Origin: Acidimicrobiales bacterium
GTDB taxonomy: Bacteria > Actinomycetota > Acidimicrobiia > Acidimicrobiales > Palsa-688
Direction of reading: 5' to 3'
Assembly (NCBI GenBank): GCA_965276635.1
Contig: CBDIBC010000002.1
Span: 102,528 to 166,527, forward strand
Length of the DNA: 64,000 nt
Shown here: positions 39,820 through 49,586 of the stretch, in pieces
Position numbering within the stretch: position 1 is the first letter of the stretch
How the letters are laid out: each line of letters opens with the position of its first letter
Notes under the pieces: model-generated
What the model saw: the letters and a program-made list of their open reading frames with translations, nothing else
Databases searched by the model: none
Told to the model about the DNA's origin: nothing
Made by a program: the position numbers and the translations under genes

Positions 39820-41237
39820 GTCCGGCCCCCGGCGACCTCGAGTAGGCCGGTGGTCGACCGACCGGAGAGGTAGGGGAGGACGACGACCTGGCCGCCCCAT
39901 TCGGCGAGCACCGTCTCCTCGGGCAGCTGCCGGGCGGAGTAGTCGCCGCCCTTGGCGAACACGTGGGGCCGGAGGCGACGCAGCGCCGTCACCGGCGAGT
40001 CCTCCCCGAAGACGATGACGTCGTCGACGCACCCCAGCGCCCGCAGCATGGCGACGCGGTCGGCTTCGGACACGACTGGCCGTCCTGCCCCCTTGAGGCG
40101 GCGAACCGACTCGTCACTGTTGACCGCCACGATCAGGCAGTCGCCGAGCCGGCGCGCGCCGGCGAGCAGCGAGATGTGGCCGGCGTGGAGCAGGTCGAAG
40201 CACCCACCGGCGACGACCACTCGGCCGCCAGCCGCCCGGATGCCGGCGGACAGCCCGTCGGCACCACCTTCGCAAGTCGGGCCGGCATTGGCCGGGGGAA
40301 CGGGTCGCGGTCCGGAGGCGACGGGGCTCGACATCGTCGCTGCGCCGCCGGCAGCGACGAACCGACCGGCACCCTCGACCGCCGCGGTCACGGCCTCGGT
40401 CAGCATCGCACCGCCGAGGATGGCGCTGGCCACGGCGGCGGCGAAGGCGTCGCCCGCACCGCAGGTGTCCCCGTCGACAGGGGTGACCGGGGCGACGAGA
40501 GGGGCCCCGGTGCCGGCGACGAGCAGGGCGCCGTCGGCGCCGAGGGTGGCCGCCACCGCACCCACCGACCAGTGGCCGAGTGCAGTCCGGGCGAGGGCGG
40601 TCAGCTCCCGCAGATCGTCGCCGGGCCAGGCGGGGCCGGTCCCGACGGTAGGCATTATCCCGGCGACCGCGGCCCTCAACTCCGCCCGGTTGGGGGTGAC
40701 GACGGTCACGCCCGGGACGGGGACCGGCCCGCGAGGGTGGGGATCCCAGACCGTGGGCATGCGGCGGTCGGCGACGGCAGCGCGCACGCCCGGGTGGGCG
40801 GCCATCCCCCGGCCGTAATCGGAGACCAGCACACTGCCGGCCCGCGCGAGGAGGTCGCTGAGGCGATCGGACAGCGGGGCAGTCGGAGCCTCGAGGCCGC
40901 CCCGATCGAGGCGGAGCAGCGGGTGGCTGCCGGCGCGGAAGCGGACCTTCTCCGGGGTGGCGCCGCCAGCGGGCAGGGCCACCACCTCGACCCCGAGGTC
41001 CCCGAGGAGCCGGCGGACCTCGGCGCCGGCCTCGTCGTCGGCCAGGGCGGTGAGGAAAACGACGTCGTGGCGGCCGGCGGCGAGCGATGCGGCCAACGCC
41101 GCGCCTCCGGCCCGGACCACCGCGCCATGCTCGTCGAGCACCGGGACGGGGGCGTCGGGGGCCACCCGTTCGATCGACCCGTGGACGTCGCGGTCGAGGA
41201 GGGCGTCACCGACGACGACCAGGGTCGGGCCGGTCAC
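39816..41237 (-). CDS. hldE: bifunctional D-beta-D-heptose 7-phosphate kinase / heptose 1-phosphate adenylyltransferase
   Basis: N-terminal ribokinase-like part (GAGDAF); C-terminal GGCFDLLHAGHISLLAGARRLGDCLIVAVNSDESV. Confidence 0.85.
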   Translation of the reverse strand: MTGPTLVVVGDALLDRDVHGSIERVAPDAPVPVLDEHGAVVRAGGAALAASLAAGRHDVVFLTALADDEAGAEVRRLLGDLGVEVVALPAGGATPEKVRFRAGSHPLLRLDRGGLEAPTAPLSDRLSDLLARAGSVLVSDYGRGMAAHPGVRAAVADRRMPTVWDPHPRGPVPVPGVTVVTPNRAELRAAVAGIMPTVGTGPAWPGDDLRELTALARTALGHWSVGAVAATLGADGALLVAGTGAPLVAPVTPVDGDTCGAGDAFAAAVASAILGGAMLTEAVTAAVEGAGRFVAAGGAATMSSPVASGPRPVPPANAGPTCEGGADGLSAGIRAAGGRVVVAGGCFDLLHAGHISLLAGARRLGDCLIVAVNSDESVRRLKGAGRPVVSEADRVAMLRALGCVDDVIVFGEDSPVTALRRLRPHVFAKGGDYSARQLPEETVLAEWGGQVVVLPYLSGRSTTGLLEVAGGRT

Positions 41238-42439
41238 CGGGCCACCGACGGGAGGACGGCGCCGACCATCTCGTCGTAGACCGAGGCGGTGGCAGCGGCG
41301 ACCCGGGGCCAGCCGTAGCGGTTCCGGGCGCGGGCCATCCCGGCCGCACCGAGCCGGCTGCGCGCCGCCGGGTCGGCGAGCAGGGCGGCAAGCACCGCCG
41401 CCAGCCGGTCGGGATCACCGGGTGGAACGTGGACACCGGTGACGCCATCGACGACCGACTCCTTCAGGCCACCGACCGCCGCGGCCACGACCGGCACCCC
41501 GCACGCCATGGCCTCGAGTGGCACGATGCCGAAGGGCTCGTAGGTCGGCACGCAGACCACCGTGTCGGCGGAGCGCAGCAGCGAGGGGAGTGCCCCGCGT
41601 GTCACCTGCCCGAGGAACCGCACCCGGTCGGCGACGCCGTGGGCCTGGGCGGCGTCGCCGAGGCGCACCACGTCGGGGTCGGTCTCGAGATCGTGCCGTG
41701 GGCCGCCGCCGGCGATCAGCAGCTCGGTGCCGGGCAGCGTTGCCAGCGCGGCGATGACATCGCCGACACCCTTGCGCTCGACGAGGCGACCGACCACAAC
41801 CAGGCGGTGCAGAGCGGAGCGGGCGGCCACCGGCCCGCCGGGTCGGAAGCACTTCAGGTCGACGCCGCAGGGCACGACCCGCAGCCGTTCGGCGGGCGCC
41901 CCGAGGCGCCGGAGCTCACCGACCTCGTCGTGGCAGGTGGCGATGACCCGGTCGGCCTCGGCCATGATCCACTCCTCGGTCCGCAGGCGGTCCGGGGGGC
42001 TCGTGTCCTCTGCCCCCTGGTGGCGGCGCTTGACGGCGCCGAGGGCGTGAAAGGTCTGCACGACCGGCACCCCGACCGGCCGAGCGGCGGCCAGCGCGGC
42101 GAGCCCGGACATCCAGAAGTGGGCGTGGACCGCGTCCGGGGGCCGCTTTTGCCACGTCTCGGCCAGTCCGTCGGCGAAGGCCTCCATGTAGGGGCGCAGG
42201 TTGTCCTTGGCGACGGCCTGGGGCGGCCCGGCATCGACGTGGTGGACCCGCACCCCGCCCTCCGCGGTCACCCAGCGGGGCAGGCCGGGGTCGTCGCGGC
42301 GGGTGTGGACGGTCACCTTGTGGCCGAGGTCGGCGAGGGCCCGGGCGAGCGAGCCGACGTGGACGTTCTGACCGCCGGCGTCCGCTCCGCCGAGCGCGGC
42401 AAGGGGGCTGGCGTGCTCAGACACCATCGAGATCAGCAT
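41234..42439 (-). CDS. glycosyltransferase family 4
   Basis: MLISMVSEHASPLAALGGADAGGQNVHV..EPFGIVPLEAMACGVPVV; strong GGAGGTGA RBS. Confidence 0.8.
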   Translation of the reverse strand: MLISMVSEHASPLAALGGADAGGQNVHVGSLARALADLGHKVTVHTRRDDPGLPRWVTAEGGVRVHHVDAGPPQAVAKDNLRPYMEAFADGLAETWQKRPPDAVHAHFWMSGLAALAAARPVGVPVVQTFHALGAVKRRHQGAEDTSPPDRLRTEEWIMAEADRVIATCHDEVGELRRLGAPAERLRVVPCGVDLKCFRPGGPVAARSALHRLVVVGRLVERKGVGDVIAALATLPGTELLIAGGGPRHDLETDPDVVRLGDAAQAHGVADRVRFLGQVTRGALPSLLRSADTVVCVPTYEPFGIVPLEAMACGVPVVAAAVGGLKESVVDGVTGVHVPPGDPDRLAAVLAALLADPAARSRLGAAGMARARNRYGWPRVAAATASVYDEMVGAVLPSVAR

Positions 42440-43365
42440 GTGGTCACCTCCAGGAGCTGGCGGTCCCAGTCGGCGAGGAACCGTCCGAGCCCGAAGCGTT
42501 CGACGGCGTAGTCCCGGGCGGCGCGTCCGGCGGCGGCGGCCTCCGCGGGCTCGTGCACGAACCGGCGCACTCCTTCGACCACCGTGTCGAGCCGGTTGGA
42601 CACCACGCCGGCCGAGCGTGGGACGACCTCGGCGGCCTCGGTGGTGGCCAGGGCCACGACCGGGAGGCCCAGCTGCATGGCCTCGATAAGGCTCAGCCCG
42701 AGCGAGGTCCACCGGTTGGGGTGGAAGTAGACCCGGCGTCGGGCCATCTCGGCGTGTAGCTCGGCCTGGGGCACGTCGCGCCCGCCGAAGGGCTCGGACC
42801 GCATCCCGAACAGGTCGACGGCGCTCGCGGCGCGCACCGGTGCGAGGAGGTCGGTCCCGGTCACCCGGCCCCGCCGGCCGGGATCATTGATGACGGCGAC
42901 GGCGGCGGCCAGTTCGCCGGTGTACCGGTGCCCTGGGTCGACGATGCCGTGCTCGATCACCGACGTCGGGGCTTTGCCGCTGTCCCAGAACAGCTGGTTG
43001 AACCACGTCACGTGCACGACGGGGATGTCCGTCCGGTCGGCCAGGGGGTGCACCATCGACGCTACGGGTCCATCCGGCGCGTTGTGCTCGAGGTACACGG
43101 CCGGCAGGTCGCGCCCGGCGCGCCGGCCGAGCCACTGCTGGACGAGGTCGAACTCCTCCCGGCGCTGCAGGACCACGACGTCGACGTCGGTGGCGTGCAG
43201 CTGGTCGGGGGTCAGCTCCTCGGCCGACGCCGGCCAGTTCCATGTCCGGGCCCGGCCGAGGCCGCCGGGACCCCGGCCCGGCAGGACGGGGAGCAGGTAG
43301 CAGTGAGAGCCCTGCACGAACGCCGTCGTCCACGATCCGTGCACGTGCCAGAGCAGGATCCTCAC
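42433..43365 (-). CDS. glycosyltransferase (GT4-like/GT1 fold)
   Basis: VRILLWHVHGSWTTAF..EPFGGRDVPQAELHAEMARRRVYFHPNRWTSLGLSLIEAMQLGLPVV; GTGA overlap with the upstream stop. Confidence 0.7.
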   Translation of the reverse strand: MRILLWHVHGSWTTAFVQGSHCYLLPVLPGRGPGGLGRARTWNWPASAEELTPDQLHATDVDVVVLQRREEFDLVQQWLGRRAGRDLPAVYLEHNAPDGPVASMVHPLADRTDIPVVHVTWFNQLFWDSGKAPTSVIEHGIVDPGHRYTGELAAAVAVINDPGRRGRVTGTDLLAPVRAASAVDLFGMRSEPFGGRDVPQAELHAEMARRRVYFHPNRWTSLGLSLIEAMQLGLPVVALATTEAAEVVPRSAGVVSNRLDTVVEGVRRFVHEPAEAAAAGRAARDYAVERFGLGRFLADWDRQLLEVTTC

Positions 43366-44405
43366 GAGCCGCCACCACCACTGCGGGCCGGGGTGCGCCG
43401 GGCGGCGAGCTTCTCGACGGCGTCGGTCACCTCGCCGACGGGTACCTCGTCGATGCACGGGTGACCGGGGACCGGGCACGTCCTGGCCCTGCACCCGCCG
43501 CAGCCGATGTCCTGCCGGCCGAGCAGCACGTGGTCGACCCGCCAGGGCCGCCACCGCACGGCCGGTACGGTCGGCGCGTACAGGCTGACGACCGGCGTGC
43601 CGACCGCCGCGGCCAGGTGGGCGGGCCCGGTGTTACCAACGACGACGGCCCCGGCGCCGGCAAGGACGCCGGCGAGGCCGGCGAGGTTGACGCAACCGCC
43701 CAGGTCGAGGGCGCCCGGTGCGGCGACCGAGGCGGTCAGGGCTGTCTCGTCCCGGCCGCCGGTCACGACCACGTCACGGCCGGCGCGGAGCAGGCGCTCG
43801 ACGAGCTCGCGGTCGCGCACCGGGCTCCACGCCCGGGCCGTGACCGAGGCGCCCGGATGCACCACGACGTAGCCGGCGGCCGGGAGTCCGGCCGGGGGTG
43901 CCCCGAGCAGCTCGGGGCGCACCATCAGGCTTCCGTCGTCCCGGCTCTGGAGGTGAAAGCCCATTGCGGCGCCGAGCGACAGTGACCGCTCCACCTCGTG
44001 GATGTCGTCGTCGACGTGGTGGCGCACGTCGAGCAACGACCCGGGGTAGTCGACGCTGATGGCCCCGATAGTCCTGACGCCGGCGAGGCGCAGCAGCAGT
44101 GCGAGCGGCAGCGGGCTCTGGTGGAACGACGTGGCGACGACGGCAGTATGGACCTCCGCCGCCCGCACCGCGTCGACCAGGTCCTCGACCGCCCCCCGCT
44201 CGACGGGGGAGGACACGCCCTCGATCCACGGCGCCCGTCCGACGATGACCGCGTCGACGCCAGGGAGAAGCCCGGCCGCCGCGGCCCCCGCCGGGCTGCA
44301 CAGATAGGTGACCGGACCCTCGGCGGCGCACGCCCGGGTGAGCGGTCCGGTCAGGAGGACGTCGCCGACGCTGTCCATGCGGGCGACGAGGATCCCGCTC
44401 AACAC
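43362..44405 (-). CDS. glycosyltransferase family 9 (heptosyltransferase)
   Basis: VLSGILVARMDSVGDVLLTGP..VVVGNTGPAHLAAAVGTPVVSLYAPT. Confidence 0.75.
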   Translation of the reverse strand: MLSGILVARMDSVGDVLLTGPLTRACAAEGPVTYLCSPAGAAAAGLLPGVDAVIVGRAPWIEGVSSPVERGAVEDLVDAVRAAEVHTAVVATSFHQSPLPLALLLRLAGVRTIGAISVDYPGSLLDVRHHVDDDIHEVERSLSLGAAMGFHLQSRDDGSLMVRPELLGAPPAGLPAAGYVVVHPGASVTARAWSPVRDRELVERLLRAGRDVVVTGGRDETALTASVAAPGALDLGGCVNLAGLAGVLAGAGAVVVGNTGPAHLAAAVGTPVVSLYAPTVPAVRWRPWRVDHVLLGRQDIGCGGCRARTCPVPGHPCIDEVPVGEVTDAVEKLAARRTPARSGGGGS

Positions 44406-46009
44406 ATCCCCGCGAGGACCACGTCGACCGCCTGCAGGAGGTCGACGGCGACCACCGGTGCCGCCGCCACCTCGGCGGGGCGCGTCACCCGGGTCGGCAC
44501 CAGCACGCCTCGCGCGCCGGCGGCGCGTGCCGCGGCGAGGTCCGAGCCGATGTCTCCGATCACCGCGCTCGACGCCGCCGCCACCCGCACCACGGCCGCG
44601 GCCGCCTGCACCAGCCCGGGGGCCGGCTTCCGGCACGCGCAGCCGTCGGCAGGGGCGTGCGGGCAGACCTGCCAGGTGTCGAAGGGGCCGAGCAGCTCGT
44701 CCACCCGCCGGTTGATCGCCAACACCTCGTCGAGGGTGGTGTGGCCCCGACCGACCGCCGCCTGGTTGGTGACCACTCCGGTCCGCATCCCGGCGGCCCG
44801 GGCCCGCGCAACCGCCCGGCGGGCACCGGGCATCAGGGCGACCCGGTCGGGGTCACGGTTGCCGGGCACGTCGACGATCAGGGTCCCGTCGCGGTCGAAC
44901 AGGATCAGCTCAGGTCGCCACGAGGTGTCAACCCGTCGGGAGCGGGGGCGGAGCCGGTAGGGCCGGAGGGCGGCCGAGGGCCGCAGCGCCAGCGGCGAGC
45001 GGCCCAGGCCGAGGGGCGAGCCCTCCTCAGCCCGGAGCGCACCCGGGACCGCGGCCCACCCGCGTGCGGCGTGGAACACGGCGGCGGGAGGGATGAGCGC
45101 CGAGGTGACGAGCATGGTCGCCACCTCGGAGCGGGTGCGGGGGCCTGGGGCGATGCGCTCCGCTGCGAACGCTGCCGTCGTCGCGGCCCAAGTCGCGCCG
45201 AGCGCCCCGGCGAGCGCCCGGCGGCCGGTCAGCGCAGCGGCAACGGCTCCTGCGGCGGCGGCGGTCGACACGGAATAGCGGCCGTTGCGCGCCGGTCCGG
45301 CGCCCACTGCGTCGCGCCAGCCGGTGCCGTGGAGGGCCCGCATCATGGCGTCGTCGGCGTTGCCGGCCTGGGTCCGGACGCTCACCCAGCGGCCCGACGG
45401 CCGGACAGGGTGCTCGACAGTGCGGGCACCCTTGACGATGACGTACCCGGCGTTGGCGACCCTAAGGCCGAGGTCGGCGTCCTCGCGGTAGGCGCGCGGG
45501 AAGCGCTCGTCGAATCCGCCCACCTCGGCGAGCACCTCCCGCCGGTAGGCCATGTCGGCGGTGATCCACCGGGCTGCCTCCAGGCCGGCGACGCTGCGCT
45601 CCCAGTCGGTCGGCCGCCGGTCGGCCGCCAGCGGCACGCGCACCACGCCCTGCGAGGCGGCGACCTCGACCGGGAGGCCAGTCAGGTCGTCGAGGAGCTG
45701 GAGCGCCCAGCCGGGTTCCGGCGCGACGTCGTCGTCGAGGAACACCACCCACGGGCTGACCGTCGAGCGCCAACCGGCGTTGCGGGCAGCGGCCGGGCCG
45801 CGCCCACCGGAGCGGAGCACTCGCACGTCGGGGCTGACGTCGAGGGGGCTGGCGGACGCCGGGGGCCGGTCGTCGACCACCACTACGGCATCGGGCCGGG
45901 GGCCTTCGCTGTCGGCTAGCGCGGTGAGGAGGGTGCGCAGCGATGGCCGAGCGACGGTCGGCACGACCACGCTGTACCCGATCGGGTCCGGGCCGGTGAT
46001 GCCGCTCAC
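44399..46009 (-). CDS. gmhB: fusion protein: GT2 glycosyltransferase domain + D,D-heptose 1,7-bisphosphate phosphatase (HAD) domain
   Basis: N-terminal YSVVVPTVARPSLRTLL..VVVVDD..FLDDD; C-terminal ELILFDRDGTLIVDVPGNRDPDRVALMPGARRAV..GVVTNQAAVGRGHTT..CACRKPAPG..GDIGSDLAAARAAGARGVLV; GTGA overlap with the upstream stop. Confidence 0.75.
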   Translation of the reverse strand: MSGITGPDPIGYSVVVPTVARPSLRTLLTALADSEGPRPDAVVVVDDRPPASASPLDVSPDVRVLRSGGRGPAAARNAGWRSTVSPWVVFLDDDVAPEPGWALQLLDDLTGLPVEVAASQGVVRVPLAADRRPTDWERSVAGLEAARWITADMAYRREVLAEVGGFDERFPRAYREDADLGLRVANAGYVIVKGARTVEHPVRPSGRWVSVRTQAGNADDAMMRALHGTGWRDAVGAGPARNGRYSVSTAAAAGAVAAALTGRRALAGALGATWAATTAAFAAERIAPGPRTRSEVATMLVTSALIPPAAVFHAARGWAAVPGALRAEEGSPLGLGRSPLALRPSAALRPYRLRPRSRRVDTSWRPELILFDRDGTLIVDVPGNRDPDRVALMPGARRAVARARAAGMRTGVVTNQAAVGRGHTTLDEVLAINRRVDELLGPFDTWQVCPHAPADGCACRKPAPGLVQAAAAVVRVAAASSAVIGDIGSDLAAARAAGARGVLVPTRVTRPAEVAAAPVVAVDLLQAVDVVLAGMC

Positions 46010-47688
46010 GCCGGCACCGCGCGTCGCTGCCGGAGCACCCCCGGTCCCCGCCGGGGTCGGCGGACGACGAACGGCCCGAGGACCAGCAGGTCGACGGGGG
46101 CCGAGCCGAAGCATTCCATTGCGTCCCGGGGGTCGTCGACCATCGGCCTCCCGGCGGTGTTGAGGCTGGTGTTGACCAGCACCGGGACGCCGGTCCGCTG
46201 CTCGAAGGCCACGAGCAATTCGTGAACGAGGGGTTCGGTCGCCCGGTCTACGGACTGCACTCGCGCCGAGCCGTCGACGTGGATCGCCGCACCGAGGCGC
46301 GCCTCCCACGCGGGGCGCACTCGGTGGGTGAAGAGCATGTACGGGCTGGGAAACGGGCCGTCGAAGATCTCGCTCGCCCGCTCAAGGGTCACCATCGGCG
46401 CCACCGGCCGGAACTGCTCGCGACCCTTGACCGTGTTGAGCCGGATCAGCGTCTCGGCCCGGCGGGGGTCGGCCAGGAGACTGCGGTGCCCGAGCGCCCG
46501 GGGGCCGTACTCGCTGCGGCCCTGGAACCACGCCACGATCCCGTCGGCGGCGAGCACCTCGGTGGTCGTCGCCGTCAGGTCGTCCGGTCGCTCGTAGGGG
46601 AGGTCGGCTTCGAGCAGCCACCCCTCCAGCTCGTCGTCGGACCAGCTCCGCCCGAGGGCGGCGGTGCGCAACGGCTCAACCGGGTCGCCGAGGTGGTGAG
46701 CCTGGTAGAGAGCACCGCCGAGGGCCGTGCCGGCGTCGCCTGAGGCTGGCTGGACCCACACCTGCTCAAAGGGCCCGTGGCGCAGCAGGTGGGAGTTGGC
46801 GACGCAGTTGAGCGCCACGCCGCCGGCCATCGTCAGGCACCGGTCTCTCGTACGGCCGTGGAGCCAGCCGGCGAGGTCGAGGAGGACCTCCTGCAGGCGG
46901 TGCTGGACGCTGCTCGCCAGGTCGGCGTGGCGGTGGTCCCAGGCGCCCTCACCGTCGCGGGCCGGTGCCAGCTGGGCCCAGGGGATCGTCCCCACGCGGA
47001 AGCCGCCCTCGCCGTCGGCGAAGATCAGCTCCCGGAGGACCGGCAGGTGCCGCGGCTCGCCGTAGGAGGCCATGGCCATCACCTTGTACTCGTCGGAGGA
47101 GCGCTTGAAGCCGAGGTGCACGGTCAGCTCCTCGTACATGAGGCCGAGCGAGTGCGGCAGCTCCTGGGTCCGGTACACCTCGAGGTCGCCGGCAACGGAC
47201 CGGCCAGCGAGGTGGGTCGTAGTCTCACCCCGCCCGTCGAGGACCAGCACGCTCGAGTCTCGAAACGGTGCGGCGAGGTAAGCGGAGGCGGCGTGGGCGA
47301 CGTGGTGGCGCACGTAACGGAGCCGGCCGCCGTCGATGCCCGGAATCGCCGACTCCAGGAACGAAGGGGCCCTATGGGCGTAGAACGTCCGCATCGGCTC
47401 CCACTCGTCCGCAGCCAGGTCGGCGCCCGAGGTACCAGGCGCCCCCAGCAGCGACGGGTCGTAGGAGTAGGTGACAGCATCGACATCACCAGGTGAAACC
47501 CCGGCCTTACGGAGGCACCACCGGGCAGCATTCACGGGCAACTCCCATGTCGAGAACGGCACCGCCTCCTTGCCGTGCTTGATTCGCGTGAAGCGCTCCT
47601 CCTCGGCCGCAGCCACGATCCGACCGTCGATGACCAGCGCTGCGGCCGGGTCGTGGAACACTGCGTTGATACCGAAAACGACCGCCAA
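46006..47688 (-). CDS. carbamoyltransferase (NodU/CmcH/TobZ family)
   Basis: MAVVFGINAVFHDPAAALVIDGRIVAAAEEERFTRIKHGKEAVP..RYVRHHVAHAASAY..GGVALNCVANS. Confidence 0.85.
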   Translation of the reverse strand: MAVVFGINAVFHDPAAALVIDGRIVAAAEEERFTRIKHGKEAVPFSTWELPVNAARWCLRKAGVSPGDVDAVTYSYDPSLLGAPGTSGADLAADEWEPMRTFYAHRAPSFLESAIPGIDGGRLRYVRHHVAHAASAYLAAPFRDSSVLVLDGRGETTTHLAGRSVAGDLEVYRTQELPHSLGLMYEELTVHLGFKRSSDEYKVMAMASYGEPRHLPVLRELIFADGEGGFRVGTIPWAQLAPARDGEGAWDHRHADLASSVQHRLQEVLLDLAGWLHGRTRDRCLTMAGGVALNCVANSHLLRHGPFEQVWVQPASGDAGTALGGALYQAHHLGDPVEPLRTAALGRSWSDDELEGWLLEADLPYERPDDLTATTTEVLAADGIVAWFQGRSEYGPRALGHRSLLADPRRAETLIRLNTVKGREQFRPVAPMVTLERASEIFDGPFPSPYMLFTHRVRPAWEARLGAAIHVDGSARVQSVDRATEPLVHELLVAFEQRTGVPVLVNTSLNTAGRPMVDDPRDAMECFGSAPVDLLVLGPFVVRRPRRGPGVLRQRRAVPA

Positions 47689-47747
47689 TTTTTGGCCTCC
47701 TGCCTCGCGATGACCCAGCGACAGTGATACCCGGCGCCAACCAAGTG

Positions 47748-47779
47748 AATCCTCTGCAGATAATCACCTGCAGAGGATT
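47748..47779. promoter_or_regulatory. perfect 12-bp inverted repeat (candidate operator) in the divergent promoter
   Basis: AATCCTCTGCAG-ATAATCAC-CTGCAGAGGATT between the carbamoyltransferase (minus) and GT2 (plus) starts. Confidence 0.5.
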
Positions 47780-47789
47780 TACTAGGCCA

Positions 47790-48659
47790 ATGGGCACATC
47801 GCAGCGGGACCGACCGCTAACCCTCGTCGTGGCGACCATGAACCGCCGGTCCGAGGTGCTGGCGACGCTGGGCCGGGCCCTCGACCGCCCCTTCCCGCCG
47901 CCGGTGGTCGTCATCGACAACGCCTCGGCCGACGGGACGGCGGCCGCCGTCCGAGCGACCTTCCCCGATGTGGCGCTGCTGGCGCTGCCGGCCAACCTCG
48001 GTGCCGCCGCCCGCACCGTCGGCGCCCGCTTGGCGACCACCCCGCTGGTCGCCTTCGCCGACGACGACTCGTGGTGGGAGGCGGGGGCCCTCGAGCGGGC
48101 CACCGCCTGCTTCACCGAGGACCCGGCGCTCGGGCTGCTCACCGGACGGGTCCTCGTCGGCACGGAGGCGACGCTTGATCCCACGTCTGCGGCGATGGCA
48201 GCTGGCCCGCTTGACGAGTGGCTGCGCCCGTCGGCCTCCGGCCGTCGAGGCGTGACCGGCTTCCTGGCCTGCGCCGCGGTCGTGCGACGCGAGCCGTTCC
48301 TCGCCTCCGGCGGGTTCGAGCCCCACCTGGTGATCGGCGGAGAGGAGGAGCTCGTCGCCCTGCGGCTCGCCACGGCCGGATGGAAGCTCGTCTACGACCC
48401 CGAGGTGGTCGTCCGTCACCACCCCTCACCCTCCCGTGACGCCCACCGCCGCCGACGACTCCTGGCCCGCAACGCCGTGCTGACGGCCTGGCTGGCCTAC
48501 CCGCCGCCGCAAGCGCTGCGGCGGAGCGTCGCAGCTTTGACCGGCCCCGAAGGTGTCGTCGGCGCGGCGAGCGCCCTGCGCTCGGCAGGGTGGGCGGCCG
48601 GCCGGCGCCACCCGGTCCCCCAAGCAGTCGGGGCGGCGTTCGAGGCCCTCGCCGGCTGA
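47790..48659 (+). CDS. glycosyltransferase family 2
   Basis: LTLVVATMNRRSEVLATLGRAL..VVVIDNASADGT..AFADDD. Confidence 0.8.
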   Translation: MGTSQRDRPLTLVVATMNRRSEVLATLGRALDRPFPPPVVVIDNASADGTAAAVRATFPDVALLALPANLGAAARTVGARLATTPLVAFADDDSWWEAGALERATACFTEDPALGLLTGRVLVGTEATLDPTSAAMAAGPLDEWLRPSASGRRGVTGFLACAAVVRREPFLASGGFEPHLVIGGEEELVALRLATAGWKLVYDPEVVVRHHPSPSRDAHRRRRLLARNAVLTAWLAYPPPQALRRSVAALTGPEGVVGAASALRSAGWAAGRRHPVPQAVGAAFEALAG

Positions 48660-48670
48660 GCGCCGGCGGT

Positions 48671-49585
48671 TCACGAGACGTACTGGCGGGCCTTCGAACG
48701 GTCGTGGTCGGCGTCGAGGAGGCGCAGGCCGACCTCCACGTCGGCACCGACGTTCCGGCGAGCAGCGACCACCCACCACCCTCCCCTGAGTGCCTCGACC
48801 ACCGCCCGAAGGCTGTGGCCGTCGGCCGGCGCGCTGCGCAGCAGCGCCGCACTCCGGAGCGCTGCCGAGGACACCGGTCGGCGAAGCCACGTGAACCAGA
48901 GGGTGTTGCGGATCCCTTGCCGGCGACGTAGGTGCGGGTCGCGCAGCACCGATGCCTGGTGGTGGATCTCGAGTTCCGGCACGTAGGCCATCTCCCAGCC
49001 GGCGTCGGCCAGGTCGGTTCCGGTGAGCTCCTCCTCGCCTCCGATGAGGAGCCGCCCCGAGAAGCCGCCCACGGCCCGGAACGCCTCCGCTCGTACCGTC
49101 GATGCCCCGGCCAGGAAGCTGAGCAGCGGTGCGCCGGGGCCGCCCGCCGGGCGGGGGAGGGGGCTGCGGTCCATCTCCTCGGACATGGCGTCGGTGGTCC
49201 CGCCCGGCTCGACGACGATGCGAGCGGTGACCACCGCCAGGTTTGGTCGCGCCTGTAGCAGGCCTACGGCCCGGCGGAGCGACCCTGGCGACCACCACGT
49301 GTCGTCGTCGCAGAACGCCACGAACCGGGTGCCTGCCAGCATGACCCCCACGTTGCGGCCGGCGCCGCCCATGTTGCAGCCGAGCGGCACCACGGTCACC
49401 CCGGGGAAGTCCCGCCGCACCGTCGCCACCGTGGCGTCGGCGGAGCCGTTGTCGACGACCACGATGCCGGGGTCCTCCTCGAGGGTCTCGAGGAGGTGGA
49501 GGGTGCGAGTCAGCTCGTCGCACCGGTCCCGTGTGATGATGACGACGGTGAGGTCTTCGCGTAGCGACGTCGGGCTCGCGGCCAT
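48671..49585 (-). CDS. glycosyltransferase family 2 (paralog of 47790-48659)
   Basis: LTVVIITRDRCDELTRTLHLL..VVVDNGSADAT..AFCDDD. Confidence 0.8.
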   Translation of the reverse strand: MAASPTSLREDLTVVIITRDRCDELTRTLHLLETLEEDPGIVVVDNGSADATVATVRRDFPGVTVVPLGCNMGGAGRNVGVMLAGTRFVAFCDDDTWWSPGSLRRAVGLLQARPNLAVVTARIVVEPGGTTDAMSEEMDRSPLPRPAGGPGAPLLSFLAGASTVRAEAFRAVGGFSGRLLIGGEEELTGTDLADAGWEMAYVPELEIHHQASVLRDPHLRRRQGIRNTLWFTWLRRPVSSAALRSAALLRSAPADGHSLRAVVEALRGGWWVVAARRNVGADVEVGLRLLDADHDRSKARQYVS

Positions 49586-49586
49586 G

